Assembly (NCBI RefSeq): GCF_009914755.1
Contig: NC_060928.1
Direction: 5' to 3' (one strand)
From: the human T2T-CHM13v2.0 reference genome, Homo sapiens
Length of the DNA stretch: 64,000 nucleotides
In this document: positions 38,345 through 51,999 of the stretch, piece after piece
Numbering within the stretch: position 1 is the first letter of the stretch
Layout: every line of letters starts with the position of its first letter
Notes under the pieces: model-generated
The model's database searches: none
Seen by the model: the letters and a program-made list of their open reading frames with translations, nothing else
What the model was told of the DNA's origin: nothing
Position numbers and translations under genes: made by a program

Positions 38345-41300
38345 TGATGTTAGGAGAAAAATCTTTCTGACCAGAAGGCTAACTCCTCAGCCAAAGTGGC
38401 AGTCCGTCTGCCGTATCACTGGCTTTACAGGGGAAAGAATCCCAAGAGGTCAGTTGATCCAGGATCCAGTCCTAGGCTGGGAAGACATTTCTGCTGTTTT
38501 ACAGGTGAGGTACCTGAGGCCCCAAGAAGGCCAAGCGACTTAGCCAAATCACTGAGAATGATGCTGATGGTGGAGCGGAGATGCAGTGGGTGTAGAGGAA
38601 GACAGGGGTTGTAGTAGTGAGGGAATGAGAGTAGATGCTAGAATTCCTGGTTCTTCTCTGCATTGCTAATCTATTGGAGATTGGCATCATGCCTTCATCT
38701 TTGAATCCCTGGCACCTTCACAGTGTGTGGCAATTAATGTGCCCAATTAATGTTGTTGAATAAATGAACCATAATGGCCCCCTCTGGTCAAAATCCTCTA
38801 TGATAAATTCTCATAACATTACGTATCGTTCTTTCACAGTACTTGTTACAGTAACAACTTTCCATTTTTTTGGAGTGTGATTATTAAATCAATGTATTTC
38901 CCCTTCACTAGACAGACCATAATAAGCTCTATAAAGCTTTTAGTAATCACTGAATCATGCAGTGCTTGGCACTTAATAGGTGCTTGGGACATATTTGTAG
39001 AATGAATAAATGATCTTGGGCAAGAATGGCCTTGGGAGGTTCAGTTTGGGCTTAATAATGGCAGCAGCAGCAAAAACTAGTATTAGTTTAAGGTGTTTTC
39101 ATAGGTATTATTTTCATTTAATAATTTAAAAACTCCTACTAAAAAGGTATTATTTCTATCATATAGATGAAAAAAACTGAGGAAGATCAGAGAGGTTAAA
39201 CATCTTAAAGTCTGATACTCTATGATCACTGTATTACAAATGTGGGCCCTGGGTTATTTGTTGTCCATACAGCCAGACTTGCAGAGATCAGTAAATGTTT
39301 TATGGCACATGAAGTGAATGAGAGAATATGTGATTCTTTTGTATTTTTTGTGTATTGGTTTAGAGCAAAGGCATTTTTACATATGAGAAGAGCTCACTGG
39401 AATTGATAATAAGGGCTCACACCCCCTCACTGGCCCGGTAGTAACACAAACACTATCTTCATTTGTATTCCAGGGGCCAGCCAGAAACGGTTGATGTAAG
39501 ATGTCTTATAGGTCCAGCTGATGCTAACAACCAATGAGAGAAAAATTTTCATGCTTTGAAGACTAAAATACTTTCTCTCTATGAATTTATAATATAAATG
39601 ATTGACAACCTGAATAAGATAAGGGAGGCCTAGGTCCATGGTTCTTAAGCTTTTGTGGCACATAGGATCATTTGATGGGACACAGATTAATACAGACCCC
39701 TTAATCTGGTCATTTCTTACTACTAGAAACATGGGGATAACAATGTCACTCCCACTAATGTGGAAATAGTGGAAAGGATGGATTTGCATGTATGAGTGCC
39801 TTATGGGTAAATTATAAATATATTCCTGAAATTGACTAGAGACGTGAGCACCTTGTGAACTTCAATGCTATAGGAGACCAGCAGAAGCTCCTTTGTGGAA
39901 CATTGGAATTCCCAGGCCGCAGCCAAATGCCACTGGCTAATCACCTTAGAGTTTTAATTCAGGAATGGTGGGTTGAATCTTGAAAATACATGAATGTAGA
40001 AAAGGTGAAAAGGGGATGTCAAATGTATACTAATGACCTTTAGAAGATGCATTAGAAATGGGATTGGATTCTTATGAAGTGGACAATTATTACTACCTGG
40101 TAATATGCTTTATTTCACCATGCCAGTTCAACGAAGGCATTCAACAGTTACTTGTTGAATGAAATAGGACCTCCATTCTATCATATGAATGCCTAGCTAG
40201 AGAAAAGCCTTCCCAGACCAAGAAACTTACCTCTATTTCATGTAATATTTGCTGAGGTGAATGGAAATCTATCCTGTGGTGACACCAAAAGAGTCTATAT
40301 TCTGTCATTTCATGTATTACATAAAAAGGATGGCATCAGAGACATTTCAGATGACATGTGGAATTCCTGTAAAACATTCTTGATGAGGCTGACAAAGACA
40401 ATTCCTTAATGATGTTTGTTTCATTTTTGATATAAATGGAAAGACTGAAGACAAATGTAAACGAAGGAAAGTGTTTCTAATAATAACAATAATATGAATG
40501 TATGAGGTATCAATCTTTGCGTTACTGATCATTGATTTATTTCTTGGTGAGATCTTTATCACAGGATGACCTTGTTGCCAAAAATTACCAAGTATTGGGA
40601 AAATGTATAGCTACTGATAGGAGCATGTGCAGATTTGCTTTTTGTCAGTGTGTGTTTATGTTACATGTAGATATTGTCACTTTATTTAGCAAGGCGTTCT
40701 TTCTTCTTGAGTCAAGAATATAATGTAAACTCAAGTGAATTTCTCTTTAGTGAGAAGAGCATTTTATTTTGTCCTTTCTGGCCCTTATATTCATACTTTT
40801 GACCACCCACAGGCGAATCCAGGAGAACCAGAGATAACTTCCATAGACTGGAAAACCAGGATGAAATTGTGTGTATTTCAGTTTAAAAGATTCCTTTCAG
40901 GGGAATTATCACTGTGATGTTGGAAGATATTCTTTCATTCACAAGGCATTTGCAAGATCTATTATGTATGAAATTACTCACATGTAAATATTTTGTAGAT
41001 GTAAAGCAAATTTGCTCCCTGCAAAATGGACCCAGTGGTGGGAACCAGTTTGAGGAGATGAGGCTGTATTTCCCTTCTCTAAGCATCACCAACAGAGCTG
41101 CTTAATCTGAGTCTGGAAGAGATCCAGTGGGATTTAGTTTTATGAGTTTTAATGTAAAGGTGTTGTATTTCATGAGATGAAATCATAACACAGTGGATTG
41201 CAAGAATTTTGAGAGATTATTTTTTCAGAGTGTTGGCAAGCACCATCCTCTAGAGAATTTTGTGTCTAAAAAAGAAATATAGATATTCTTTAATAGGATT

Positions 41301-42482
41301 CACATGATAGCTAATCATTAATTCCTTCTAGATGGTCAGGGTTTGACTGGAGAGGCTGATTTGGAACATCTGGAGCAGGTCTGACCTCTCTAGTTGGCCT
41401 TTATTGAATTTGTGACTTCCACAGCATCCTAAAACTTCAAAGTACATGGACAATGCATTTTTTTTGGGTCCTCTACTCCTAAGCCATGATTACAGTTCTT
41501 TTTATTTATATATAGATTATACTTCACCTTTAGTCTTCATGCACAGTTTGATTCTCTATGAATTTTGACAATCCAAATGAATATTTGGCCAAGACAAGAA
41601 AGGTTATCAAGCTGTATCTCAGGTTTCTTTCCTCTCCCGTTCTTGTTATGTTTTCAGCTGAGAAGAAGTTCTCTGTCTCTGTTTTAGAGAAAGCTGAGCC
41701 ATTTCCTTGACTTAAGTTTGACCTTTTTTTTGCTTCATTCTGGAACACGTATAACTGTTCTTAGGCTAAACATCTCTCTACTTTTGTGACTGTCTCATCT
41801 CCAATTTCCCTGTAATGCAACATGTTGGAATAGGTTTCTCATGAATGGCAGGGGAGAAACAAGACGCTCTGGGAGAAATCTGGCACTTCTTCTGATTTTG
41901 ATGTGTATGGAAGGTAGTTTGTGTTCTATGTAGCTGAGAGCCTTCTTGAAACATGGCTCAGGCAAGAAAGTTTCGGAAGTGCAATTAGTTCAGCATGGGA
42001 GTCTAGCAAAACGAATGTATGCCCCAATGTATGTAGCACTTTTCCCAGGGAGATTTGTTCCTACCTTATTTTAGAAATAATAGATGAACTCTTAAGACTT
42101 TATAAAAGTTCTGCAGCGGCTGACATATCATCTGTAAAGATAAAAAGATGTGTACATCAGCACAGATGTGTTTGTATGAAATCGTGCACATGATAGACCT
42201 CATGTGGATCCTCTAGTGAATTCTCATGGTAACGCTGATGAAATTGGTGTTATGGAGGAAGGGAAAGAGGAGTTATGAGTTATTACCATCAAGCAACAAA
42301 TGTTACATTCCTTATCTTTCTCAAATGCTGTCTTGCAAATGCATATCAGAGGAGATTATGATTGGAGAGAGTCCAGGCATTAGGATGCTGAGGGAGTCAA
42401 GCTGAGGGAGATTAAGCAGCTAGGGTATGAGCAGCAAGAGGAGCAAGCTTACTTGCAGCTGTAGACTATCACCTATCACCTT

Positions 42483-44525
42483 GCTTTCCAAACTTGCCTG
42501 CTTACCTGGGGAGTGTGTTAAAAATGGAGATTCTTACAGACTTAGCAAATCAAAGTCTCCAGGGGAAGGACCTGGAAAATAGATTGTTTTTTTTTTTTTT
42601 TTACTTTCTCTGTCTACAAGGTTGATGTGCAATGCCACTGAAATAATGTAGATGACACAGCCTTGAAAAACAGAAAGGTTTTTTTTTTTTTTTTTACCAC
42701 ATTCTGGGATTTTCTTTATTTATTTTTATTTTTAAAATTTTACTTTAAGTTCTGGGATACATGTGCAGAATGTGCAGGTTTGTTACATAGGTATACACGT
42801 GCCATGGTGGTTTGCTGCACCCATCAACCCATCATATACATTAGGTATTTCTCCTAATGCTATCCCTCCTCTAGCCCCCACCCTCCAACAGGCCCTGGTG
42901 TGTAATGTTCCCCTCCTTGTGTCCTTGTGTTCTCATTGTTTAACTCCCACTTATGAGTGAGAACATGCAGTGTTTGGTTTTCTGTTCCTGTGTTAGTTTG
43001 CTGAGAATGATGGTTTCCAGTTTCATCTATGACCCTGCAAAGGACATGAACTCATCCTTTTTTATGGCTGCATATATTCCAATTGCTACAAAGAGAATAA
43101 AATACCTAGGAATACAGCTTACAAGGGATGTGAAGGACCTCTTAAAGGAGAATTACAAACCACTGCTCAAGAAAATAAGAGAGGACACAAACAAATGGAA
43201 AAACATTCCATGCTTCTGGATGGGAAGAATCAATATCATGAAAATGGCCATACTTTCTAAAGTAATTTACAGATTCAATACTATCCCCATCAAGCTACCA
43301 TTGACCTTCTTCAAATAATTAGAAAAAATCTACTTTAAAATTCATATGAACCAAAAAAGAGCCTGTATAGCCAAGACAATCCTAAGCAAAAAGAACAAAG
43401 CTGGAGGCATCACACTACCTGACTTCAAACTATACTACAAGGCTACAGTAACCAGAACAGCACGGTACTGGTACCAAAACAGATAAACAGACCAATGGAA
43501 CAGAACAGAGGCCTCATAAATAACACCACACATCTACAACCATCTGATCTTTGACAAACCTGACAAAAACACGAAATGGAAAAAGGATTCCCTATTTAAC
43601 AAATGGTGTTGGGAAAGCTGGCTACCCATAGGCAGAAAACTGAAGCTGGATCCCTTCCTTACACCTTATACAAAAATTAACTCAAGATGGATTAAAGACT
43701 TTAATACCTAAAACCATAAAAACCCTAGAAGAAAACCTAGGCAACACCATTCAGGACATAGGCATGGGCAAAGACTTCATGACTAAAACACCAAAAGCAA
43801 TTGCAACAAAAGCCAAAATTGACAAATGGGATCTAATTAAACTAAAGAGTTTCTTCACAGCAAAAGAAACTATCATCAGAGTGAGCAGGCAACCTACAGA
43901 ATGGGATTTTTGCAATCTATCCATCTGACAAAGGGCTAATATCAAAAACCTACAAAGAACTTAAACAAATTTACAAGAAAAAACTTTTTGATTTGCCCAT
44001 CAAAAAGTGGGAAAAGGATATGAATAGATACTTCTCAAAAGAAGACATTTATGTGGCCAACAAATATATGAAAAAAAGCTCATCATCACTGGTCATTAGA
44101 GAAATGCATATCAAAACCACAGTGAGATACCATCTCATGCCAGTTAGAATGGCGATAATTAAAAAGTCAGGAAACAGATGCTGGAGAGGATGTGGAGAAA
44201 TAGGAACGCTTTCACACTGTTGGTGGGAGTGTAAATTAGTTCAACTATTGTGGAAGACAATGTGGCGATTCCTCAAAGATCTAGAACCTGAAATACCATT
44301 TGACCCAGCAATCCCATTACTGTGTATATACGTATATACCCAAAGGATTATAAATCATTCTACTATAAAGACACATGCACATGTATGTTTATGGCAGCAC
44401 TGTTCACAATAGCAAAGACTTGGAACCAGTCCAAATGCCTATCAATGATAGACTGGATAAAGAAAATAGAATTTTTAACAAGCTGACCAGCTGATTGCTA
44501 TGATCAGGTAAGTCTTGGAACCACT
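42483..44525. mobile_element. MER5-like hAT element split into about 42483-42585 and 44462-44525 by an L1 insertion
   Basis: The halves join as ...CTCCAGGGGAAGGACCTGGAAAATAGAATTTTTAACAAGCTGACCAGCTGATT...TTGGAACCACT, resembling MER5A/B. Confidence 0.65.
42715..44467 (-). mobile_element. L1PA7-like element with 5' inversion: 3' end on minus (42715-43081), inverted ORF2 piece on plus (43080-44467)
   Basis: Antisense 3' UTR (AAGTTCTGGGATACATGTGCAG...GGCTGCATATATTCCA) fuses directly to sense ORF2 (CAATTGCTACAAAGAG...GGATAAAGAAAAT). Confidence 0.95.
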
Positions 44526-46212
44526 CACTGAGTGTAATCAGACGGGCATTGAAAAAGGGTTGGGTTTTGTGAGTATGGGTGTCAAGGGTGGCTATGGATG
44601 CTAAATAACATAGTCAAAGGGATATTTCCAACTCTGTGTTTGTTGAAGAACACTGACTTTATGTTCTTCAATGCCCCATCTGTAATGCCCCACCCATTAT
44701 ATTTCTTTCAAAATTGATTCAAGAAAGACCTTTGTCTTTCCCAAGAAGATGGTTTGTGTCATTTATGAGATGAAATGTTGCCACTTCCTGAGCTCCCATT
44801 GCCTCAGTTTCCAGGAAATGTGATGCCAGGTTTTGTGCTCTATCACTATTACCACATCTACTACTATGATTGGCCTGTTAGATTTTCTTTTCCCACCATT
44901 TTTACCTTCTTTTAAAACCCTATTTTGATTAATTTTTATTTGTTTTGTAAGTGATTTCCAATTTCTTTTTTTCCCTGAAAAGTGGCAGAGTATAAATGTA
45001 TTAAATTGAACCCATAATTAATAGTTGCTAATGGAAGGAAAATAAGATAGTGATTAAATGATGACAAATTTAAATAACTTTCATTTCTGAATGCAGTTGT
45101 ACCTGTACCAAACATACGTGCATTTTATCCTTCCTCCTGCCAATGACCTAATGTGGGTTAGGGAGAGAGTCCGAGAGGCTAGGTCAATTATGGATACTTG
45201 GGAAAATGCATATTTTAAAGCTAACTGATGTAATTTGCATCTGCAAATAATAATCACAGTTCTATATAATAACAATAGATTATAATAATATAATAGTTCT
45301 AATAATAATAATAGTTCTATATAGGTAGGGTGACTTTTTCCCTTTTATTCATAATTCACAATTATGGGTGTAATTAGAGATATGGTAGGCAGCATTTTTA
45401 CTTCTTTTGTTTTCACATTAAAATAAAGATCCACCCAGGGAATGCACAAAAGCAAGAAACACAAAGCAGACAAAGGAATTTCTAATGAAAATCAAGCCCC
45501 TCACCCATCCCGTCCAACAACAGTCCTTCTCAGAGGTTGTCACTTTGAACTGCTTCAGTTTTCAATTATGTCAGTGGCCACTTAATAATTTCAGGTAGTA
45601 TGGATACACCATTGGTTTTGAATTCATCTTTTTTTGTTCTTTGCTGTTTTGAAATTTCAATTCTGTGTCCAAGTGGTTCCCTTTATATGCAGCGTACTCC
45701 ATGAGCCCATACAAATAAAAGACTCACTTTCTCCAGGTCTGAGAATATTTGATTATTATTTCCCTAATAATCTCTCACTCTTCATTTTCTCTATTCTCCC
45801 TTTTAGGAAATCCTACTGGATCATTCCTCCTCATGTCTCCCCTCCCTCCATCCTGCTCCCTTTCTTTCCGTTGCTTAGAGAAGATTTTGTTTTTGTTCCT
45901 GGAAGGTAAACACTGGCTTACCTACCTCTCTGTGAACAGGGTAACTGGTCCAACTTTTCTATTGCCAGGTATTCAACTAATTCCTTGTTTTCAGTTCTGT
46001 GCCTCACACCTGTCCTCCTCCTTGATGGTATTTGTAGGTTTCTTCTGCAAAGGCTGTTTCCCACCTCCACTGTAGACTTAACCTGCACATACTGGAACTG
46101 TAGCTGTCTCTCCTCTGTTTGTCATCAATTGCCCCCCTGGGCCTTCTCTCTTTCAAAATGTATTTATGAATTTATCTCCTGTGGATTTCTTTACTTTCAC
46201 TAAGTTTTTAGT

Positions 46213-46380
46213 CTATTAGTCAGAGTCGGTCACATTATGATGCATTAACAAACAAACCCTGAAATCTCAGTGGCTTCATACAATCAAGGTGTATTTCTGC
46301 CTCACACGAAGTCCAGTTTGATGCTCCTGTTTGGGGAGCTCTTCTGGTCAGTTCTCCTCAAAGCTGTGAGTCCTTCACTC
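46213..46380 (-). mobile_element. Old MaLR (MLT1J/K-like) fragment
   Basis: TATTAGTCAG...TTATGATGCATTAACAAACAAACCCTGAAATCTCAGTGGCTT. Confidence 0.55.
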
Positions 46381-48866
46381 CCTTTTTTTTTTCTGCTTTG
46401 CTATTCTATTAAGTATATATATCATATTTTACTAAAGCATCGCCTGATCATTGGATCTTTAGATGACTCCAATGTTTTGCTTTTATAAGCATTGCTGCTA
46501 CAAACTTCTTAAAACATATTTTAAATTTTTCTTGACTTAGAATTTTTCCTTAGACATAGAATTACTTAATGAAGAGTCTAAAAAATTTTAACGTCTACCA
46601 AATTGCTCTCCAGAAGGCTTTTTCAATTTATTCTCCCACAGCATTATTATTGTTATTTTCTAATTTAATTTTGTACTTGAAGAATTTTTATTTTACTGAA
46701 GCTTTATGCATGGGAGAGATTTCCTCCCTTTTGCAACAAATTACATTTCCTCTTTTTATATTGTTTGTTCATGTAACTTTAACATTTTTTCTAATGGAAA
46801 TTATCAATTTTTAAAATGAACTCTTCATATATTAAGCCTAGTAACCCTTTAGATAACTCATTTTATCACATGCTAGAGGCTCGTATAAAAACACGCAAAC
46901 TTGGTTTCAATTTACGAAAAACTGCTGGCTACTTTATCTTTTCTCCTTTGCTGTTTTTCAGTAATGGAGGAATGAGCTATAAACACACCTTAGGGGACTT
47001 ATAGTTTCTCTTTTTTCTTCAAGAGGTTATGAACAAAGTTTTCCTAGAAAGTTTGTTTATCAGTTTTGCTTAGAGGAGTGAGTGTAGTGTATAGTTTATT
47101 GGGAGAAGGTGATGCAACATTTTAGGACTGAGAGACAATGGTGGAATGGGGGCAAGGAGAGTAGCTGGCAGAGAAGAAAAGGTGAATCTTTTTAGATATT
47201 TGGAAATGAAATGGCTGGGTGTCAGAGTGGAGACGGAGGGGTGTGATGGGGTCAAATCTCGAGATTGGGAAATTGTTAAATGAGACTATAACATATAAAA
47301 TAGTTAAATGACAATGAGACTATATTGCAGAGAAATGTCTGCCACAATCAGAGCTTCAGCTAAAACCACATAGGGGACTTAATGATTGTTAAAAGCATTA
47401 AGGAAAGGTGAAACCTAATCAGTTTTTTACACTTCACTCTTAATGTGTTAATGACTTGTTCTGATTCTTTCCTGAGAATGCCCTTTGGTAGGAGGAGGGA
47501 GCAAACCTGCAGCACTGGGGTACGACTTGGAGATAACAATGAGAAGGAAAAGGCAGAGAGAGAGAGGTGGAGGATCCAAAGGCACATTTTCCCCTTTTGG
47601 TTGAGTGTGATGCATTCTGGACAATGACTTGAGCGCCACCAGGAAAGGGGAGAATGTAAAGGGCAGGCAATATATGGAGGCTATTCCCTGAGGAAGTGCT
47701 GGAGAGCATGCCACAGCTTGAGAGAACTAGTTTCTGAGGTAGGTAGGATGCAGAAAACCATGGCAAATGCAAAGGCTGCCCAAGGAGCCATGTGGGTGGA
47801 TGTCTTCCATTTTAGCAGTGAAAGCTGCAGGGATATAGTTACAGCGGGATCATCAGGGATGCCTCTGCTTCTGATTCTCTGTGTGTCAAAACTTGCCAAC
47901 TCTGCAAAAAAGATCCCAAACAGAAAGATACAGTTGATTTATTCTGTCTAGGTTCAGAGTAGAAGTTTATATAATATATTGGTCAATGATACTGAAAGAG
48001 CCAAAAATATGACAGCAGGGATTAAATGTCAAGCCAGATTTATCTTGTCTGACCATTTCTGGATGATGTAAAATAGCACACTATCTTTAGTTTGGAAGCA
48101 TATTAATTTATCTGGATTTTTTTTTTACTTGAGGGGTAAACTCATGTTGAGGATTTCATTAAAAATGGGTAATTCAATCCAACAACTAGACCTTATGTGG
48201 GGTGATTCTTTTTTACTTTAAGGTGGGAGAACAAAGAGTATTTTCCAAAAACTAATTTCCTGATTTTCAATTTCTAGAGATCTCTTAAAGCCATCAGAAC
48301 TATTACTGCCTAAAACACGCATGGCAAACAAAAGTGTCTCACTGGATTTCAAATAAGGGGAATAATCAGTGTTAAGTGCTGCCTTATTGGATTTCTTCCT
48401 GATTTTTTTGAAGCTCTGGTAAATCTTTATAATTTCTCTTTTATGCACTAAATTGTGGGTATACTCTAGAATGTATCTCATCATGAAGCAGATATAATAC
48501 TAGCTGATACATATTAAAATGGTTAGGAAACATTGCTTTTAAACAATTGTGACTCACACCAAAATTTGTATTTAGTAACCTAAATACACATATAAAACAG
48601 ATGATATCCTGTTGTCCTAATTTCAGCTGATGCTCTAAAGCTGAGTACAAAGCAATAACTAGCTCCTACATTCCAGAGGCGGGTGGATTAGTGACCTCCC
48701 TGCTGGATTTATAAGAGGATAGCAGAGCCAGTCACAAAACGATCAACCCGGTCTCTCACCTTCAAGCCATCCAAAATAAGGTTAGACCTTTGAAAGATGG
48801 GTTGGAGAAAGCCATCAAGGTAAACAGTTAAAGGTAAAAGGGTTGTGTCAGCCCAGGAGATAGTGG

Positions 48867-48942
48867 CTGTGTGTGTGCGTGTATGTGTGCAAGTGCATGT
48901 GTGTGTGTGTGTGCGCACGTGTGTGTGTGCATGCACGTATAC
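48867..48942 (+). repeat. Imperfect (GT/GC)n alternating purine-pyrimidine repeat
   Basis: Read directly from the sequence. Confidence 0.85.
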
Positions 48943-49249
48943 ATGGCCAGGGAGGTGGGCGGTAGCACTTCAAGAGAACTGCTCATAGAGATTTGGCATA
49001 TTCTTAAAAGAGAGAGAGAATCTCATTTCCTTTCCCACCTGGCTGTTTGCTGAGCCACAGAAGTTTGTCAGCTCACTCCAGGTACTGGAGTGGAGCTCAT
49101 AGAGATTTTCTGGAAGCTGCCTGGCTCTGGCAAAGGGGTGGCAGCTGCAGGGCCTGTATTCCCACTGGGAAGAATGGCAAGGATGTGAATTTTCCACAGG
49201 TCAGCTAGACATTGAGGAGTGAACCCAGGTTGGAGTCATTGTTATGGAC

Positions 49250-49964
49250 TATTAAATTAAGTCTAGCCTAAAGCTGCCTCCTTACATATTTTAAGTTCAG
49301 CCTAAAGGTTTCTCTGTACATAGTGAACCGTAACCTAACTGGATGTATAAATAGACCATAACCTACTCTTGGTTCAATCACTGAGGTTTTGCCAATCAAA
49401 GGTGGCCAACTGTTCAAACTATGTTTAAATAAGGCAAACATGGAACTGAAACCAATCCAGCTGTTTCTCTACCTCCCTTCCATTTTTGTGCATCATTTTT
49501 GTTTTTCTGTTTACAAATCTTTTTTAACCACATGGCAGCACTGGAGTCTCTCTGAACCTCTTCTGGTTCAGGGGCTGTCTGATTCACAAGTTGTTCTTTG
49601 CTCAACTAAACTCCAAATTAGCTAGGCACGGTGGCTCACACCTGTAATCCCAGCACCTGGGGAGGCCAAGGCAGGTGGGTCAACTTGAGGTCAGGAGTTC
49701 CAGACCAGCCTGAACAACATGGTGAAATCCCGTCTCTACTAAAAATACAAAAATTGGCAGGGCATGGTGGTTCATGCCTGTAATCCCAGCTGCTTGGGTT
49801 GGGGCTGAGGCATGAGAATTGCTTGAACCTGGGAGGCAGAGGTTGCAGTGAGCCAAGATCGCAGCACTGGCACTCCAGCCTGGGCAACAGAGTGAAACTG
49901 TGTCTCAAAACAAAACAAAACCAAACCCTCCAAATTTAATTTGTCTAAAGGTTTTCTTTTAACA
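49250..49964 (+). mobile_element. ERV1 solo LTR (MER57-like) interrupted by an Alu
   Basis: TTAAATTAAGTCTAGCCCTAAAGCTGCCTCCTTACATATTTTAAG...AATTTGTCTAAAGGTTTTCTTTTAACA. Confidence 0.8.
49620..49926 (+). mobile_element. Alu (AluSx-like) inside MER57
   Basis: Dimer with an (AAAAC)n tail; CTCCAAATT duplicated on both sides. Confidence 0.93.
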
Positions 49965-51999
49965 TGCCTAAGAGGGCAAACTTCAGGCCTGAGGTCCAGA
50001 AGCCCCTTAAAAAAGAGTTTAAATCTCATCCAAAGCTGATGTTCACACCTATCCTGATGCATCTGACTATCGCTGTAACAGATGCTTACCCCAAGGGAAC
50101 CTGGTTCAAGGGAGATTAGGAACAGGGTCCCTGGGAGAAAGTTACCCTCAGTGAACAAGGAGTTGGAAAGGATGGGGAAGACCAAGCCTGCGACCCAATG
50201 TCAGGATGGCACACGGGATCTAAGATGGACAACCATGCCCTCCTGCCCACAACCATGTGTTCTGTGTAAGAGGATTGTGTATGAGGAAGATGCAAAATAA
50301 TAATGCCACAAGAGCCCCCAACCCCGTTGTTGTGAGTGCCCTTGACTCTTCTGAACAAGAAGGACATTAAGAAAGAAGCTGCTGCCCTGAGATGTTAGCA
50401 GGAGAGAGGCAATAGTGGCCACCACAAGATGGAGGCCAATGCCTGAGGCTGGCAGTGCAGAGAGGGCTGAGGCCTGGGGTTCCTTGTAGCCAAGAGCAGG
50501 TGAGCACAGGATGTAGTGGCCTCAGTAATCCCACAGCAGTGGCACTGGAACCCAGGGACCCCAGAACTGTGTGATGGAGAAAGCAGTTAGAGAGCAGAGA
50601 TGACGGCTCCACTCTGAAAATAGTACCATCACCACCGTGTCTGCTCTCGTGGAGCCTCTCAGACACCTTGGGGCTGGGAGCTTGAAGGTAATTCCTATTT
50701 AGTAGATGAGGACCATTCATTCAGCCCACCTAGCCATACAGTGTCACAGTGCTCTTCTACGATTCTCAAGCTGCGTGGGACCTTGGGAACCCCTGGGTTA
50801 CACTACAAACTCAAGTGTGACTCACCTATCCCCAAGGAGGGTATTTCTTTAGAAATCCTCTGTGATACTCATTAGAGAGCACTGTAGGATGTTGATAAGG
50901 AGGACAAGTGTGGCAACTTTCAACATTTAGTGGGCTTTAAAATAGTTTTGCCCAGTCTATAATCTAAGACTAAAAACTGTAATGTTCATGAAGAAGTTAA
51001 TATCGAATAAGTCTCTGGTTGAGAAAAAAAAGGGAAAGAAGTGTACCTCAAATGCTTTGAAGTGTTGCTCTACTTGCTTCTTTTCTGGAGGACAGTGACC
51101 CACAAGTGAGATTCCTTGTAGAAGCCTTGAAATGGTGCAACAGCTGGTTTTATTGGAAAGAAGGGGTGCCAGTGCATATCAGACACCTCTCCCTATCCAT
51201 CAGATAGATTTCCTAGATGGCTGCAGGGTCAATGTGCAGTCTACGATAAATGCACTCACATATTGTAACCCAAAGAGAAACATGAAATGATTCCTTTGTC
51301 CAGGAGAATTTCAGAGGCTGAAAACTCCATGACCCTCTAACCTCCCAATCCCTTTCCTCTGTGCACTCTCTTTCCTCTTGCCTTGTTTTGTTGAGGGATT
51401 TTCTTTTGTCTTCTGATTCTGCTTCATTTGGCCAGCTCTCTGCGGGTCTTTGGCACCTGGGAAGGTCTGAATGTGGCTTTTGTGTTTGCTGAACTGCACT
51501 GTGCCCAGCCAGGCAGAGATGATCACTAAGCTTTTCTATAGCTTCATAACTGCAAATTGCTCAGCCATTTGTTGTTTAATCCTCACAAGCCCTTTGTCCT
51601 GGAGGCAGTGCGGCATTGTCATCACCCTTCATTTTCCAGTTGAGAAGGCGGACGATATGTGACTTGTTCAAGGACACAGGTTGAGTTGAGAATCTGTCTG
51701 CTTGGGCCACGGGAGACTTGCAAGTGAACACAATAGCAGTGAAGCCCAACTGGGAAGAGTGGGTTAAACTGGGCTAGGCTGAAGTTTGCATCCTTTTGAA
51801 GAAATTCTGACACCCTAAATTGAAGGTGTGAAAGAGTTACTGGTTGAAGACCTCTAGCGGGGAATCATGCCACAAAGACAGCTTGTACACTCAGATTATT
51901 TCTGGGTGGTAGCACTTATAGAGATATAATTTTGAGGTTAATGCCATATAGGTTCCTTGATTACTTTAGGTGATCTATCCAGGCAATAATGAGTCAATA

